64,000 nt of DNA, taken from the NCBI GenBank assembly GCA_963725865.1, contig CAVSAC010000014.1:864001-928000 (forward strand), in the 5' to 3' direction. Below the pieces are notes generated by a model. That model had not been told where the DNA came from and ran no database searches. It worked only from the letters and a program-made list of their open reading frames with translations. The position numbers and the translations under genes are program-made. Of the stretch, positions 1 through 10,970 are shown piece after piece. The stretch's first letter is position 1; each line of letters starts with the position of its first letter. This stretch comes from Candidatus Eiseniibacteriota bacterium (lineage in GTDB: Bacteria; Eisenbacteria; RBG-16-71-46).

Positions 1-2104
1 CTGCAGGCGCGCGATCCGGCGGCGGCTGCCGCCGCGCGCGCGGCGCTCGAGGGCGCACCCGGGATCGCATGGGTGGAGCCCAACCAGGAGCGCGAGCCAG
101 TCGGCACGGCGGCGTTCCCCGACGATCCGTACTTCGTCGCGGGGCTGCAGTGGGGACTCGAGAACCGCGGGCCCACGACGCCGTTCCGCGGCGTGGCGGG
201 CGCCGACATCGGCGCGCGCGCGGCGTGGGCGATCACCACCGGCAGCGCCGACGTGCTGCTGGCGGTGGCCGACACCGGGATCGATCCCACGCACCCGGAG
301 TTCGTCGCGTTCCTGCCCGACGGCCGCCCGCGGCTGCTGCCGGGGATCAACACCACGCTCGATCCCACCGCCACGGTGATCGACTCGTTCGGCCACGGCA
401 CCCCGGTCGCGGGCGTGATGGCGGCGCGCACCGGCGAGGGTGCCCACTTCGACTCGCTCGGCATCGCGGGCGTGTGCGGCGGTGACGGGGTGGCGAACCC
501 CGGCTGCCGGCTGCTGCCGATCAAGATCACCGCGGTGGTCAGTGGCAACTCCTCGTCGTTCGAGATCGCGCGCGCGATGCTGGCGGCGACCGCGCTGGGC
601 GCGCGGGCCATGAACCTCTCGTTCGCCGGCAGCACGCCCAGCAAGGTGGAGCGGCTGGCGCTCACGCAGGCGATCACCTACGGCTGCGTGGTGGTGGCGG
701 CGGCCGGCAACCGCGGGTTCACCAATCCGACCGCGCCCCAGTTCCCGGCCGCGTTCGCCGCCGAGGGGCTGTGCATCCAGGCCGGCTCCTCGGACCCGTT
801 CGACCATCGCTCGGTGTTCTCGTCCTACGGGCCCGGCCTCGACCTGCTGGCGCCCGGCGAGAGCATCTGGACCACGTTCATGACCTACCCCAGCGCCGCC
901 GGCGCTTCGTACGACGGCTACGTGATCGCGGCCGGCACCTCGTTCGCGGCACCCCACGTCGCGGGCGCGGTCGGGCTGCTCGCCGCACGGCGGCCGGAGC
1001 TGATGGACACCGACTTCCAGCGCGTGCTGCGCGAGAGCGCGCACGACCTCGGCCCGCCCGGCTGGGATCCGCCGACCGCGTACGGCCGGCTCGACCTGCC
1101 GGCGGCACTCGCCGCGGTGGATCCCGCGATCGGGATCTGGCACGACGAGGTGGCCGCCGACGCGGTGGTGCCGATCGCGGCGGGCACGCTCGCGATCGGC
1201 GATTCCAGCGGCGGCGAGCGGGTGCGCCGCTGGCCCGGCGCCGAGGAGTACGAGGCCACCGCCACGGTGGCGCTGCCCGATTCGTTCCTGCCGCCGGTGC
1301 GGGTGTGGCCGCGGGTGGGCGGCACCTCGACGGTGCGCGGCGGGTTCGCGCTGCGCTACCTCTCGCCGTGGTGCGAGGTCACGCGCATCGACGCGACGTC
1401 GTTCGAGCTGCGCGGCCACCTCTACCACGTGCCGCCCGACAGCGGCGTGACGGGCGAGGAGTACGTGCCGCTGCCGCTCGACCAGGCGCGCTTCGGCTTC
1501 ACGGTGATGGGCCGCGTGGATCGGACGCCCGCGCTGCGCGTGCTGTCGCCCGCGCCCGGAGCGAGCTGGCCGCTCGGCAGCGCGCTGCCGGTCGCCTGGG
1601 AGGCGTCCGACCCCGACAGCATCACGTCGTTCGCGATCGCGCTGGTGGGTGCCGACGGCGCCGAGACCGCGCTGGGGACGCGGCCCGGCGATGCGCGCGC
1701 GGCGGCGGTGACGCTGCCGTGCGTGGCGCTCGGTGAGGCGCGCCTGCGGGTGACCGCGATCGACGCGCACGGCCCGCACGCCGATCGCACCACGCTCGAG
1801 GTGCCGATCGCGGTGACGCCCGGGCGCTGCGCCAGCCCGACCGCGGCGGCGACGGCCGCGCTGCTCGCGGCGCCCAATCCGTTCGCCGCCCGCACCTGGA
1901 TCGCCACCCCGGCCGGCCGGCAGCCTGCGCGTCGTCGACCTCGCCGGCCGCGTGGTGATGCGGCGGACCATCCCCGCGGGCGCCACCGGTGTCGAATGGG
2001 ACGGCCGCGACGAGCACGGCACGCGCGTGCCGCCGGGGCTCTACTTCGCCCGCTTCGCGAGCGGCGCCTCGGCGCGGGAGCTGAGGATCGTGCGGATCGA
2101 GTGA
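1..2104 (+). CDS. Subtilisin-like S8 serine peptidase with C-terminal FlgD-Ig/T9SS-like domain; 5'-truncated by window edge; +1 frameshift near 1918
   Basis: Frame 1 is open from base 1. Catalytic motifs ADTG, HGT, AAAGN and GTSFAAPHV. After PNPF...TPAG the conserved tail (SLRVVDLAGRVV...WDGRDEHG..VPPGLYFAR...VRIE*) continues in frame 2 to TGA 2102-2104. Confidence 0.9.
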
Positions 2105-2224
2105 AGCGGGCCGTGCTTCGCCGCGTCGCCACGCGCCCGTCGCCCGTCTGACCGCGCCGGGCCCCGCGCCTGTCGCCCGCGCCTGCGCGCGGCGCTACAC
2201 TGCGCGCCATCGGAGGAGCCCCGC

Positions 2225-3505
2225 ATGTCCCGTCGACTCGCCCTCGCCGCTTCGCTCGCGCTCGCCACCTCCGCCCTGCTCGCCGTGTCCGGCTGCGCGG
2301 GGCGGCGCTCGCCCGCCGACTGGGCGGCCGTGCGCGAGGTCACGCCCGCGCTGCTCGCCGGGCGCGCGGCGGCCGATCCGGCGCTCGCCTCCGACGGTCG
2401 CGGGCACGTGGCGCTCACGTTCGTCACCCGCGACTCGGCGGGCGGACACGATCTGTGGCTCGCGCTCTCGCACGACAGCGGCGCCCGCTTCGATCCGCTC
2501 GTGCGCGTCAACCTGGTGCCCGGGCGCGTGTCGTCCTACGCCGAGTCGCGTCCGGTGCCGGTGTGGGGGCCGGGCGGGCGGCTGGCGATCGCGTGGTCCC
2601 AGTTGCGCGCCGACACCGGGATGGTCGCCGATCTGCTGGTGCGCTCCGGCAGCGACGTGGCGACGCTGGGTGCGGCGGCGCTCGGTCCGCCGGTGATGGT
2701 GAACGACGACTCGCTCGGGCGCCCCGTCTATCACGGCTTCCCGGCGCTCGCGTTCATGCCGGATGGCGCGCTGTTCGCCGCGTGGATGGATGGCCGCACC
2801 CACGCCGAGGCCGATGCCGAGCTGCTGGGCGCGCTGTTCAGCTCGGTGAGCGCCGATGGCGGCCGCACCTGGAGCGCGAACGCGCTGGTGACCGACTCGC
2901 TGTGCCCGTGCTGCCGCGCCGCGGTCGCCAGCACCGGCGCGGGCCGGCTCGCGCTCTCGTGGCGCAGCGCCGCACGCGGGGTGCGCGATCCGGTGCTGGC
3001 GTTCTCGAGCGACAGCGGGCGCACATTCACGCCCGAGACACCGGTCTCCTTCGACGGCTGGCAGCTCGACGCATGCCCCTCCGAGGGCCCGGTGCTGATC
3101 GGCGCGGGCGAGCGCGGGACCAGCGTGTGGACCACCGGTGCGGAGCCGGCCGGCGTCTACCTCGCCTCGTGGGGCTTCGGCCACCGGCCCGAAGCCCCGC
3201 GGCGCGCGCTGATGGACAGCCTCGCGCGCGCCGCGCACCCGCGCGCGGTGGCACTCGGCGACGCCACGCTGCTGGCGGTCGAGGCGCTGCCGAAGGGCGA
3301 CAGCGTCGGCGTGGTCGCGGTCCGCGCGCTGGAGCCGGGCGGGGCGCTGACGCCGTGGGTGTTCCTCGGCGCGCACGCCCGCGAAGCGTGGCCCGCGGCG
3401 GTCGGCCCGCGCACGGCGCTGGTGGCGTGGGTCGAGCGCGAGAGCGCGGGGCCGCGCATCCGGATCGCGCGGATCGAGCGCGTCGCCGCGCCCGTCGCGC
3501 ATTGA
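2225..3505 (+). CDS. BNR/Asp-box repeat (sialidase-like beta-propeller) lipoprotein with CPCC motif
   Basis: GGAG RBS; signal peptide ending VSG-C; Asp-boxes SHDSGARF, SADGGRTW, SSDSGRTF; LCPCCR and WQLDACPSEGP. Confidence 0.8.
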   Translation: MSRRLALAASLALATSALLAVSGCAGRRSPADWAAVREVTPALLAGRAAADPALASDGRGHVALTFVTRDSAGGHDLWLALSHDSGARFDPLVRVNLVPGRVSSYAESRPVPVWGPGGRLAIAWSQLRADTGMVADLLVRSGSDVATLGAAALGPPVMVNDDSLGRPVYHGFPALAFMPDGALFAAWMDGRTHAEADAELLGALFSSVSADGGRTWSANALVTDSLCPCCRAAVASTGAGRLALSWRSAARGVRDPVLAFSSDSGRTFTPETPVSFDGWQLDACPSEGPVLIGAGERGTSVWTTGAEPAGVYLASWGFGHRPEAPRRALMDSLARAAHPRAVALGDATLLAVEALPKGDSVGVVAVRALEPGGALTPWVFLGAHAREAWPAAVGPRTALVAWVERESAGPRIRIARIERVAAPVAH

Positions 3506-3595
3506 TGCCCGTTCGAGCAGCGTGCTAGGCTCGCCGCTCGCTTGGCACCGCGCGCCGCGCCGCGGCGCGCCCACCCCGACCCCCTCGAGAGACCC

Positions 3596-4600
<1,005 letters not shown>

Positions 4601-4644
4601 GCGGCCAGCGTCACCGCGCGCGAGCGCGCCCGTCCGAGGAGACC

Positions 4645-6051
4645 ATGGCCCACGACGCGCCGCCGAGCTCCGGCGTCACCCTTCGCCGCCAGATCGGCCT
4701 CTACGCCGCGACCGCGATCACGGTCGGCAACATCGTCGGCTCGGGCATCTTCCGCTCGCCGCACTCGGTGGCCGAGGAGCTGACGTCGTTCCAGCTCGTC
4801 CTGCTCGCGTGGGTGGTGGGCGGGCTGCTGTCGATCTGCGGCTCGCTGGTGCTGGCGGAGCTGGCGGTCACCCACCCGAAGACCGGCGGGCTCTACGTGT
4901 TCATCCGCGAGTCGTTCGGCGACGCGTGGGGGTTCGCGTTCGGGTGGGCGAACCTGTGGGTCATCAAGCCGACCGTGATCGCCTCGATCACGAGCGTGTT
5001 CGCGCTCTACTTCTGCCAGGTGATGGGCTGGCCGCCCGGCAGCCAGTTCGCGGTCGGCGCGGTCGCGATCCTGCTGCTGACCGCCGTGAACTGGCTCGGC
5101 GTGCAAGAGGGCGCGCGCACCCAGTCGCTGCTCACCACCGCCAAGATCGTCGGCATCCTGGGGCTGTGTGCGGCCGCGTTCCTGCTGCCCGCGAGCCATC
5201 CGGCCTCGCCGGCGCCCGCCGCGGCTGCCGCCAGCACCAAGCCGCTGGTGATCGGGTTCTTCGTCGCGATGGTCTCGATCCTGTTCGCCTACGACGGCTG
5301 GACCGACTCCACCTACGTCGCCGGCGAGGTGGTGAATCCCCGGCGCGTGATGCCGATCGCGATCGTGTGGGGCACCTGGCTGGTGATCGCGGTGTACGTG
5401 CTCACCAACATCGCCTACTTCCACGTGCTCGGCGCCCGGGGCGTGGCGTCCTACGAGGCGGTGGGCTCCGAGACGGCGCGCCGGCTGCTCGGCACATGGG
5501 GCGCGCGCGCGCTCGCGGTGCTGGTGGCGGTCTCCACGTTCGGCACCACCAACGGCGCGATCCTCACCGGCCCGCGCGTCACCCAGGCGATGGCGGCCGA
5601 CGGCCTGCTCTGGAAGCCGCTCGCCGCCCTCGATCGGCGCCGCGCCACGCCGAGCCTGGCGCTGTGGGTGCAGGCGGTGCTGGCGTGCGCGTGGCTCAGG
5701 GTCGCGCACGGCTTCGACGACGTGTCGGGCTGGTTCGTCACCACCTCGTGGCTGTTCTACGGCGTCACCACCGCCGCGATCTTCGTCCAGCGCCGCCGCG
5801 AGGCGCGCGGCCTGGTCGCGACGCCGTCGTACCGCGCGCCGCTCCATCCGCTGCCGGCGGTGGTGTTCATCCTGGTCACGCTCGTCATCGTCTGGAGCGA
5901 CTTCAAGTCCAGCACGCCGCTGGCGATCGAAGGCCTGCGCGGACCGCTCGGCGCGGTGCTCGGACTGGTGCCGCGCGCCGCCCTCGGCGTGGCGATCGCG
6001 GCACTCGGCTTCCCGGTGTACTGGCTGTGGAAGGGACGGCGCACCGCATGA
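4645..6051 (+). CDS. APC-superfamily amino acid permease
   Basis: GAGGAG RBS; GNIVGSGIF, AEL...P.TGG.Y, FAYDGW, AGEV.NP.R; about 12 hydrophobic segments. Confidence 0.93.
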   Translation: MAHDAPPSSGVTLRRQIGLYAATAITVGNIVGSGIFRSPHSVAEELTSFQLVLLAWVVGGLLSICGSLVLAELAVTHPKTGGLYVFIRESFGDAWGFAFGWANLWVIKPTVIASITSVFALYFCQVMGWPPGSQFAVGAVAILLLTAVNWLGVQEGARTQSLLTTAKIVGILGLCAAAFLLPASHPASPAPAAAAASTKPLVIGFFVAMVSILFAYDGWTDSTYVAGEVVNPRRVMPIAIVWGTWLVIAVYVLTNIAYFHVLGARGVASYEAVGSETARRLLGTWGARALAVLVAVSTFGTTNGAILTGPRVTQAMAADGLLWKPLAALDRRRATPSLALWVQAVLACAWLRVAHGFDDVSGWFVTTSWLFYGVTTAAIFVQRRREARGLVATPSYRAPLHPLPAVVFILVTLVIVWSDFKSSTPLAIEGLRGPLGAVLGLVPRAALGVAIAALGFPVYWLWKGRRTA

Positions 6052-7013
6052 GCGCGGGTCCGCGCAGCGCATCGGGCGCCCGGCCGAGCGGCTCGGGAAT
6101 CGCGCGGCCGGCGGCCGGCGAGGGCCGGCGGTTCCTCGATCCGGCGGTGGTGGCGCGGCTCGCGCACCTCGACGTGCGCGCGCGGCTGGTGGTCGAGGGC
6201 TTCATCGCCGGCATGCACCGCTCGCCGTTCCACGGCTTCAGCGTGGAGTTCGCCGAGCACCGGCCCTACATGCCGGGCGATCCGCTCAAGAACCTCGACT
6301 GGAAGGTGTGGGCGCGCAGCGACCGCTACCTCGTGAAGCAGTACACCGAGGAGACCAACCTGCGCTGCCACCTGCTGGTGGACCTGTCGGGCTCGATGGG
6401 CTTCCGCTCCGAGCGCGCCGCGATGGGCAAGCTGGAGTACGCGCGCTCGCTGGCGGCCGCACTCGCGTACCTCATGCTCCAGCAGCAGGACGCGGTCGGC
6501 GCGATGCTGTTCGCCGAGCGACCGCTGCGCTACGTGCCGGCGCGCGCGGTGCGCTCGCACCTCGACGTGCTGCTGAAGGTGCTGGGCGAGGCCGAGCCGC
6601 AGGGCCGCACGCGCCTCGGGCCGGCGCTGCACGAGCTGGCCGAGCGCATCAAGCGGCGCGGACTGGTGGTGCTGCTCTCGGACCTGATGGACAAGCCCGC
6701 CGAGGTGATGTCGGGCCTGCAGCACTTCCGCCACCGCCATCACGAGGTGGTGGTGTTCCACATCCTCGACCCGGACGAGGTGGACTTCCCCTACACCGGC
6801 ACCTCGACGTTCGTGGACATGGAGAGCGAGGAGCGGCTCACCACCGAGCCGTGGGAGATCGCGCGCCGCTATCGCGAGCGCCTGGCGGCATGGACCGCGC
6901 AGTACCAGCGCCAGTGCCGCGAGCAGCGCATCGACTACGTGCGGCTCGAGACCCGCACGCCGTTCGACCAGGCGCTGCTCGCCTACCTCGAGAAGCGCGC
7001 GAGGCTGCTGTGA
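6048..7013 (+). CDS. DUF58 domain protein (vWA-like MoxR partner)
   Basis: GMHRS..HGFSVEFAEHRPY.PGD...LDWK, VK.Y.EE, DLSGSM; ATGA overlap with permease stop. Confidence 0.93.
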   Translation: MSAGPRSASGARPSGSGIARPAAGEGRRFLDPAVVARLAHLDVRARLVVEGFIAGMHRSPFHGFSVEFAEHRPYMPGDPLKNLDWKVWARSDRYLVKQYTEETNLRCHLLVDLSGSMGFRSERAAMGKLEYARSLAAALAYLMLQQQDAVGAMLFAERPLRYVPARAVRSHLDVLLKVLGEAEPQGRTRLGPALHELAERIKRRGLVVLLSDLMDKPAEVMSGLQHFRHRHHEVVVFHILDPDEVDFPYTGTSTFVDMESEERLTTEPWEIARRYRERLAAWTAQYQRQCREQRIDYVRLETRTPFDQALLAYLEKRARLL

Positions 7014-7630
7014 TCGTGCGCATCGCCGCCGGACTGGCGCTGGCGACCGGCACCGTGCTGCTGATGGTGTTCCTCCACCTGCTCGGCAAGGGCCCGTGGG
7101 CGAGCCCCGAGGCCCGCCACCTGCGCGCGATGAAGGACCGCATCGCGGCGCCGGCCGCGGCCACCCCGGTGAGCGCCGCGTGGATGGCGGCGCTGCCGCA
7201 CCGCGCCCCGCTCGCGCGGCGCGCGGCGATCGAGCGCCGCGCGGTCGTGATCGACGGCTGGGTGCGGCAGATCCTGTGGGCCTCCGATGGGGACGTGCAC
7301 CTGGAGCTGATCCCCGGCCCGCCGCCCGGCGGGGACGACCAGCGCTACGTCACCGCCGAGGTCACGCCGCAGTTCCGCCGCCGCCATCCCGCCTGGCGCT
7401 ACGAGGCGCTCGCCGCCGCGCTGCGGCCCGACTACGGCGGCGCCACACCGTGGCCCACCGGACCCGCGCGGGTGCGGGTGACGGGCTGGCTGCTCTACGA
7501 CTTCCAGTACGACGAACCCCTGCCCGCCGACGCCACGCACGGCCGCATCACCGGCTGGGAGCTCCACCCGGTGACGGCGATGGCGGTGTGGGACACCGCG
7601 CGCGGCGGCTGGCGCGAGGTCGCGCCGTGA
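7010..7630 (+). CDS. Hypothetical membrane-anchored protein, probable OB-fold (DGDxH...RVTGW...WELHPV)
   Basis: GTGA overlaps at both ends; N-terminal hydrophobic helix; motifs SDGDVHLEL, RVRVTGWLLYD, GWELHPV. Confidence 0.75.
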   Translation: MIVRIAAGLALATGTVLLMVFLHLLGKGPWASPEARHLRAMKDRIAAPAAATPVSAAWMAALPHRAPLARRAAIERRAVVIDGWVRQILWASDGDVHLELIPGPPPGGDDQRYVTAEVTPQFRRRHPAWRYEALAAALRPDYGGATPWPTGPARVRVTGWLLYDFQYDEPLPADATHGRITGWELHPVTAMAVWDTARGGWREVAP

Positions 7631-9669
7631 GCTTCCTCAACCCGCTGTTCCTGTTCGGGCTGCTGGCGGCCTCGATCCCGATCCTCATCCACCTGTTCAC
7701 GCGCCGGCGGCCGCGCGAGGTGCGCTTCCCCTCGCTCGAGTTCCTGACCGAGGTGAACCAGAGCGAGATCCGCCGCCTGCGCCTGAAGCAGTGGCTGCTG
7801 CTGCTGCTCCGCACGCTCGCGGTCGCCTGCCTGGCGCTGGCGCTCGCGCGCCCCGCGCTGCGCGGCAGCGCGAGCGGCCGCAGCGGCGCCGCCTCGACCG
7901 TCGTGGTGCTGTTCGACGTCAGCGGCAGCATGGGCGCGCGCGACGCGCGCGGCGCCTCGCTGGTGGACGGCGCCCGCCGCGTCGCCGAGGACCTGCTCGC
8001 CGCGCTCGGGCCCGCCGACGAGCTGCTGCTGGTGCCCTACGACGAGACTCCGCGCCCGGTCACGCCCGCCCCCTCGTCCGCGGTCGCGCGCCTGCGCGGC
8101 GCGCTGCAGGCGCTGGCGCCCACCGCGCGGCGCACCGACCACGTGCGCGCGCTCGAGGCGGCCGCGCGCGCGCTGGGCGAGTCGCACGCGCTCAACCGCG
8201 AGCTCTTCTGGCTCTCGGACTTCCAGCGCGCCGGCTTCGGCACCGCGCCGCCCGCGGCACCCGCCGGGCCGTGGGAGCGCGCGCGCGTCTATCTGGTGCC
8301 GTTCGCGCCGCGCACCACCGCCAACGCGGCGCTGACCGACGCGGCGCTCGCGCCCGGCAGCGATCCGGTCGCGCTCACCGTGGGCGCCGCCTCGTTCGGC
8401 GCGGCACCCGGCGATCGCGCGGTGACGGTCGCGGGCGCCGGCGGCGAGGGCGAGCTGGGGCGCGGGTTCGTCACGCTGCCCGAGCGCGGCGAGAGCAGCG
8501 CGCTGCTGCCGCTCGCGCGCGCGCCGGAGCAGGGCGGAGCGGCGCGGCTGGCGGAGGACGTGCTGCCGCTCGACGACCAGCGCTGGTTCGCGGCCGGGCG
8601 CGCGGGCACGCTTCACGTGCTGCTCCGCGAGGACGCCGGTCCCTCGCCGCTGCGGCTCGCGCTCGAGGCGGGCTCGCCCGCCTCGGGAATCGCGGTCGAG
8701 GTGGTGGACGCCGCCGGCCTGAGCGCGCGCGCCGCCGGCGCCGACGTGATCGTGATCGACGACGTCGAGCGGCTGGGCCCGGTCGAGACGCAGGCGCTGC
8801 TCGATCACTGGCGCGGCGGCGGCGCGGTGCTGCTGGTGCTGGGCGCGCGCGCGGACGCCGCATTCTGGAACGCCACGCTGCTGCGCGAGCTGGGCGCCGG
8901 CACGCTCGGCGATCCCGAGACCGCCGCCCCGGACGCGGCGTGGCGGCTCGGCCGCACGGTCGCCGGACATCCGGCGCTGGCGGGCTTCCCGGCGCGCCCC
9001 GGCGAGCCGCTGTCGACCGCGCGGTTCCAGCGCGTGCGGGCGTTCGCCGCCGGCGCCGGCGCGCGCACGCTGCTGGCCTACGATCGCGCGCACCCGGCGC
9101 TGCTCGAGGCCCCGCATGCGCTGGTGTTCGTGGGCTCGCTCGCGCCCGACGCGTCGGACTTCCCGGTCAGCGGCGCATTCCTGCCGCTGTTCCACCAGAT
9201 GGTGCGGGTGCTGGGCCGCGGCACCGCGGCCGCCTCGCTGGTGCCGGGCGAGCGCTGGAGCGTGCCCGCGTCGACCGGCAGCTGGCGGATCGAGGACGTC
9301 GCCGGCACCGAGGTGCCGTCGACCGTCGCCGCCTCGGCGGGCGCGGCGCGGCTCACATCCGCGCCGCTCGAGCGGCCGGGACTCTATCGCGTGCTGCAGG
9401 ACGGGCGGGTGCGCGCGACGTTCGCCGTCAATCCCGACGTGCGCGAGTCCGACCTCGCGGCGGCCGGCGAGGCGGCGCTGGTGGCGGCGTTCCCGCGCGG
9501 CCGCGCGCAGGTGTTGCACCCGGGCGAGGGGCTCGCGCGCCGCGTGCGCGAGGCGCGCTTCGGGCGCGAGCTGTGGAGCGCGTTCCTGATCGCGGCGCTG
9601 GCGCTGCTGGCGCTCGAGACGCTGATCGCGCGCGCCGGCATGCCGGGCGGCGCCCCGCCGCGGAGCTGA
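7627..9669 (+). CDS. BatA N-terminal domain + vWA domain membrane protein
   Basis: FLNPLFLFGLLAASIPILIHL...FPSL.FL BatA motif; MIDAS DVSGSM; C-terminal FAVN...ESDL and RELW TM with LET. Confidence 0.9.
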   Translation: MSFLNPLFLFGLLAASIPILIHLFTRRRPREVRFPSLEFLTEVNQSEIRRLRLKQWLLLLLRTLAVACLALALARPALRGSASGRSGAASTVVVLFDVSGSMGARDARGASLVDGARRVAEDLLAALGPADELLLVPYDETPRPVTPAPSSAVARLRGALQALAPTARRTDHVRALEAAARALGESHALNRELFWLSDFQRAGFGTAPPAAPAGPWERARVYLVPFAPRTTANAALTDAALAPGSDPVALTVGAASFGAAPGDRAVTVAGAGGEGELGRGFVTLPERGESSALLPLARAPEQGGAARLAEDVLPLDDQRWFAAGRAGTLHVLLREDAGPSPLRLALEAGSPASGIAVEVVDAAGLSARAAGADVIVIDDVERLGPVETQALLDHWRGGGAVLLVLGARADAAFWNATLLRELGAGTLGDPETAAPDAAWRLGRTVAGHPALAGFPARPGEPLSTARFQRVRAFAAGAGARTLLAYDRAHPALLEAPHALVFVGSLAPDASDFPVSGAFLPLFHQMVRVLGRGTAAASLVPGERWSVPASTGSWRIEDVAGTEVPSTVAASAGAARLTSAPLERPGLYRVLQDGRVRATFAVNPDVRESDLAAAGEAALVAAFPRGRAQVLHPGEGLARRVREARFGRELWSAFLIAALALLALETLIARAGMPGGAPPRS

Positions 9670-9677
9670 GGGTGCGG

Positions 9678-10574
9678 ATGCCCCCGCGCCTCGGCGCGCT
9701 CGTCGCGATCGTGTTCTGGGGGCTCTCATTCGTCGCCACCAAGGCGGTGCTGCGCGAGATCTCGCCGGTGACGCTGATCTTCACGCGCTTCGCGATGGGC
9801 TCCGCGCTGCTGCTGGCGCTGGTGGTGGCGTGCCGCCTGCCGCTGCGGGTCTCGGGACGCGAGCTCGGATGGCTGGCGCTCGCCGGGTTCATCGGGGTGT
9901 TCGTGCACCAGCTGCTGCAGTCGTACGCGCTCACGCTCACGACGGCGGTGCGCACCGGCTGGCTGATCGGGCTGATCCCGATCTGGTCGGCCGTGCTGGC
10001 CGCCGTGTTCCAGCGCGAGCGCTTCGGGGTCGTCAAGGTCGCCGGCCTGCTGCTCGGCTTCGTCGGCGCGCTGCTGCTGGTCACGCGCGGGCGCCTCGGC
10101 GGCGGCACGCTCGCACTGCCCTCCACGCGCGGCGACCTCCTGATCCTCGCCAGCACGCTGAACTGGGCGATCTACACCAATATCGGCCGCGGCGTGATCG
10201 CGCGGCTCGGCAGCCTGCGCGCGACCGCCGGCGCGATGCTGCTGGGCTGGCTGATGCTCGCGCCGCTGTTCGTGCGCGCGGCCGGGTGGCGCGAATACGC
10301 CGCGCTCTCCCCCGGCGGGATCGGCGCGCTGGTGTTCCTCGGCCTCGGCTGCTCGGGGCTCGCGTACCTGTTCTGGTACGGCGCGCTCGAGCGTATCGAG
10401 ACCTCGCGCGTCGCGGCGTTCCTGTACCTGGAGCCGCTCGTGACGCTGGCGGCCGCGGTGAGCTGGCTGGGAGAGGAAGTCGGACTCATGACGGTGATCG
10501 GTGGCCTGCTGGTACTGGCCGGGGTGGCGCTGGTGCAGCGTGCGCCGGCGGCCGCGAAGGAGGAGGGATCGTGA
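9678..10574 (+). CDS. DMT/EamA family transporter
   Basis: FWGLSFVATK, two EamA repeats, YLFWY.AL...AFLYLEP. Confidence 0.92.
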   Translation: MPPRLGALVAIVFWGLSFVATKAVLREISPVTLIFTRFAMGSALLLALVVACRLPLRVSGRELGWLALAGFIGVFVHQLLQSYALTLTTAVRTGWLIGLIPIWSAVLAAVFQRERFGVVKVAGLLLGFVGALLLVTRGRLGGGTLALPSTRGDLLILASTLNWAIYTNIGRGVIARLGSLRATAGAMLLGWLMLAPLFVRAAGWREYAALSPGGIGALVFLGLGCSGLAYLFWYGALERIETSRVAAFLYLEPLVTLAAAVSWLGEEVGLMTVIGGLLVLAGVALVQRAPAAAKEEGS

Positions 10575-10900
10575 ACGAGCCTGCCGCGGGCGCTCCGCGG
10601 GTCGAGACGCTGGCCGAGCTGGTGAAGTACCAGGACGGCGCGGTGGTGAGCCGTCAGCTGGTCAAGCAGCCCGCCGGCAACGTGACGCTGTTCGCGTTCG
10701 CGGCCGGCGAGGGCCTGAGCGAGCACACCGCTCCGTTCGATGCGCTGGTGGTGGTGACCGACGGCACGGCCCAGATCACGATCGAGGGCGCGCCCTACAC
10801 CGTGCACGCGGGACAGTCGCTGCTGCTGCCCGCGCATCGGCCCCACGCGGTGCGGGCCGAGGCGCGCTTCACGATGCTGCTGGTGATGATCCGCGCCTGA
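10571..10900 (+). CDS. Cupin domain protein
   Basis: GGAGG RBS; YQDGAVVSR, TLFAFAAGEGLSEHTAPFDA, PH.V.A. Confidence 0.92.
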   Translation: MNEPAAGAPRVETLAELVKYQDGAVVSRQLVKQPAGNVTLFAFAAGEGLSEHTAPFDALVVVTDGTAQITIEGAPYTVHAGQSLLLPAHRPHAVRAEARFTMLLVMIRA

Positions 10901-10921
10901 GCGCGCCCGCCCCTCACACGA

Positions 10922-10951
10922 AGGCCCCGGGTCGCGGACGACCCGGGGCCT
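10922..10951. terminator. Intrinsic terminator-like hairpin between convergent cupin and OmpA genes
   Basis: Perfect 13-bp inverted repeat AGGCCCCGGGTCG-cgga-CGACCCGGGGCCT; only a weak U-tract. Confidence 0.7.
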
Positions 10952-10970
10952 CGTGCGATACGACGATGAA

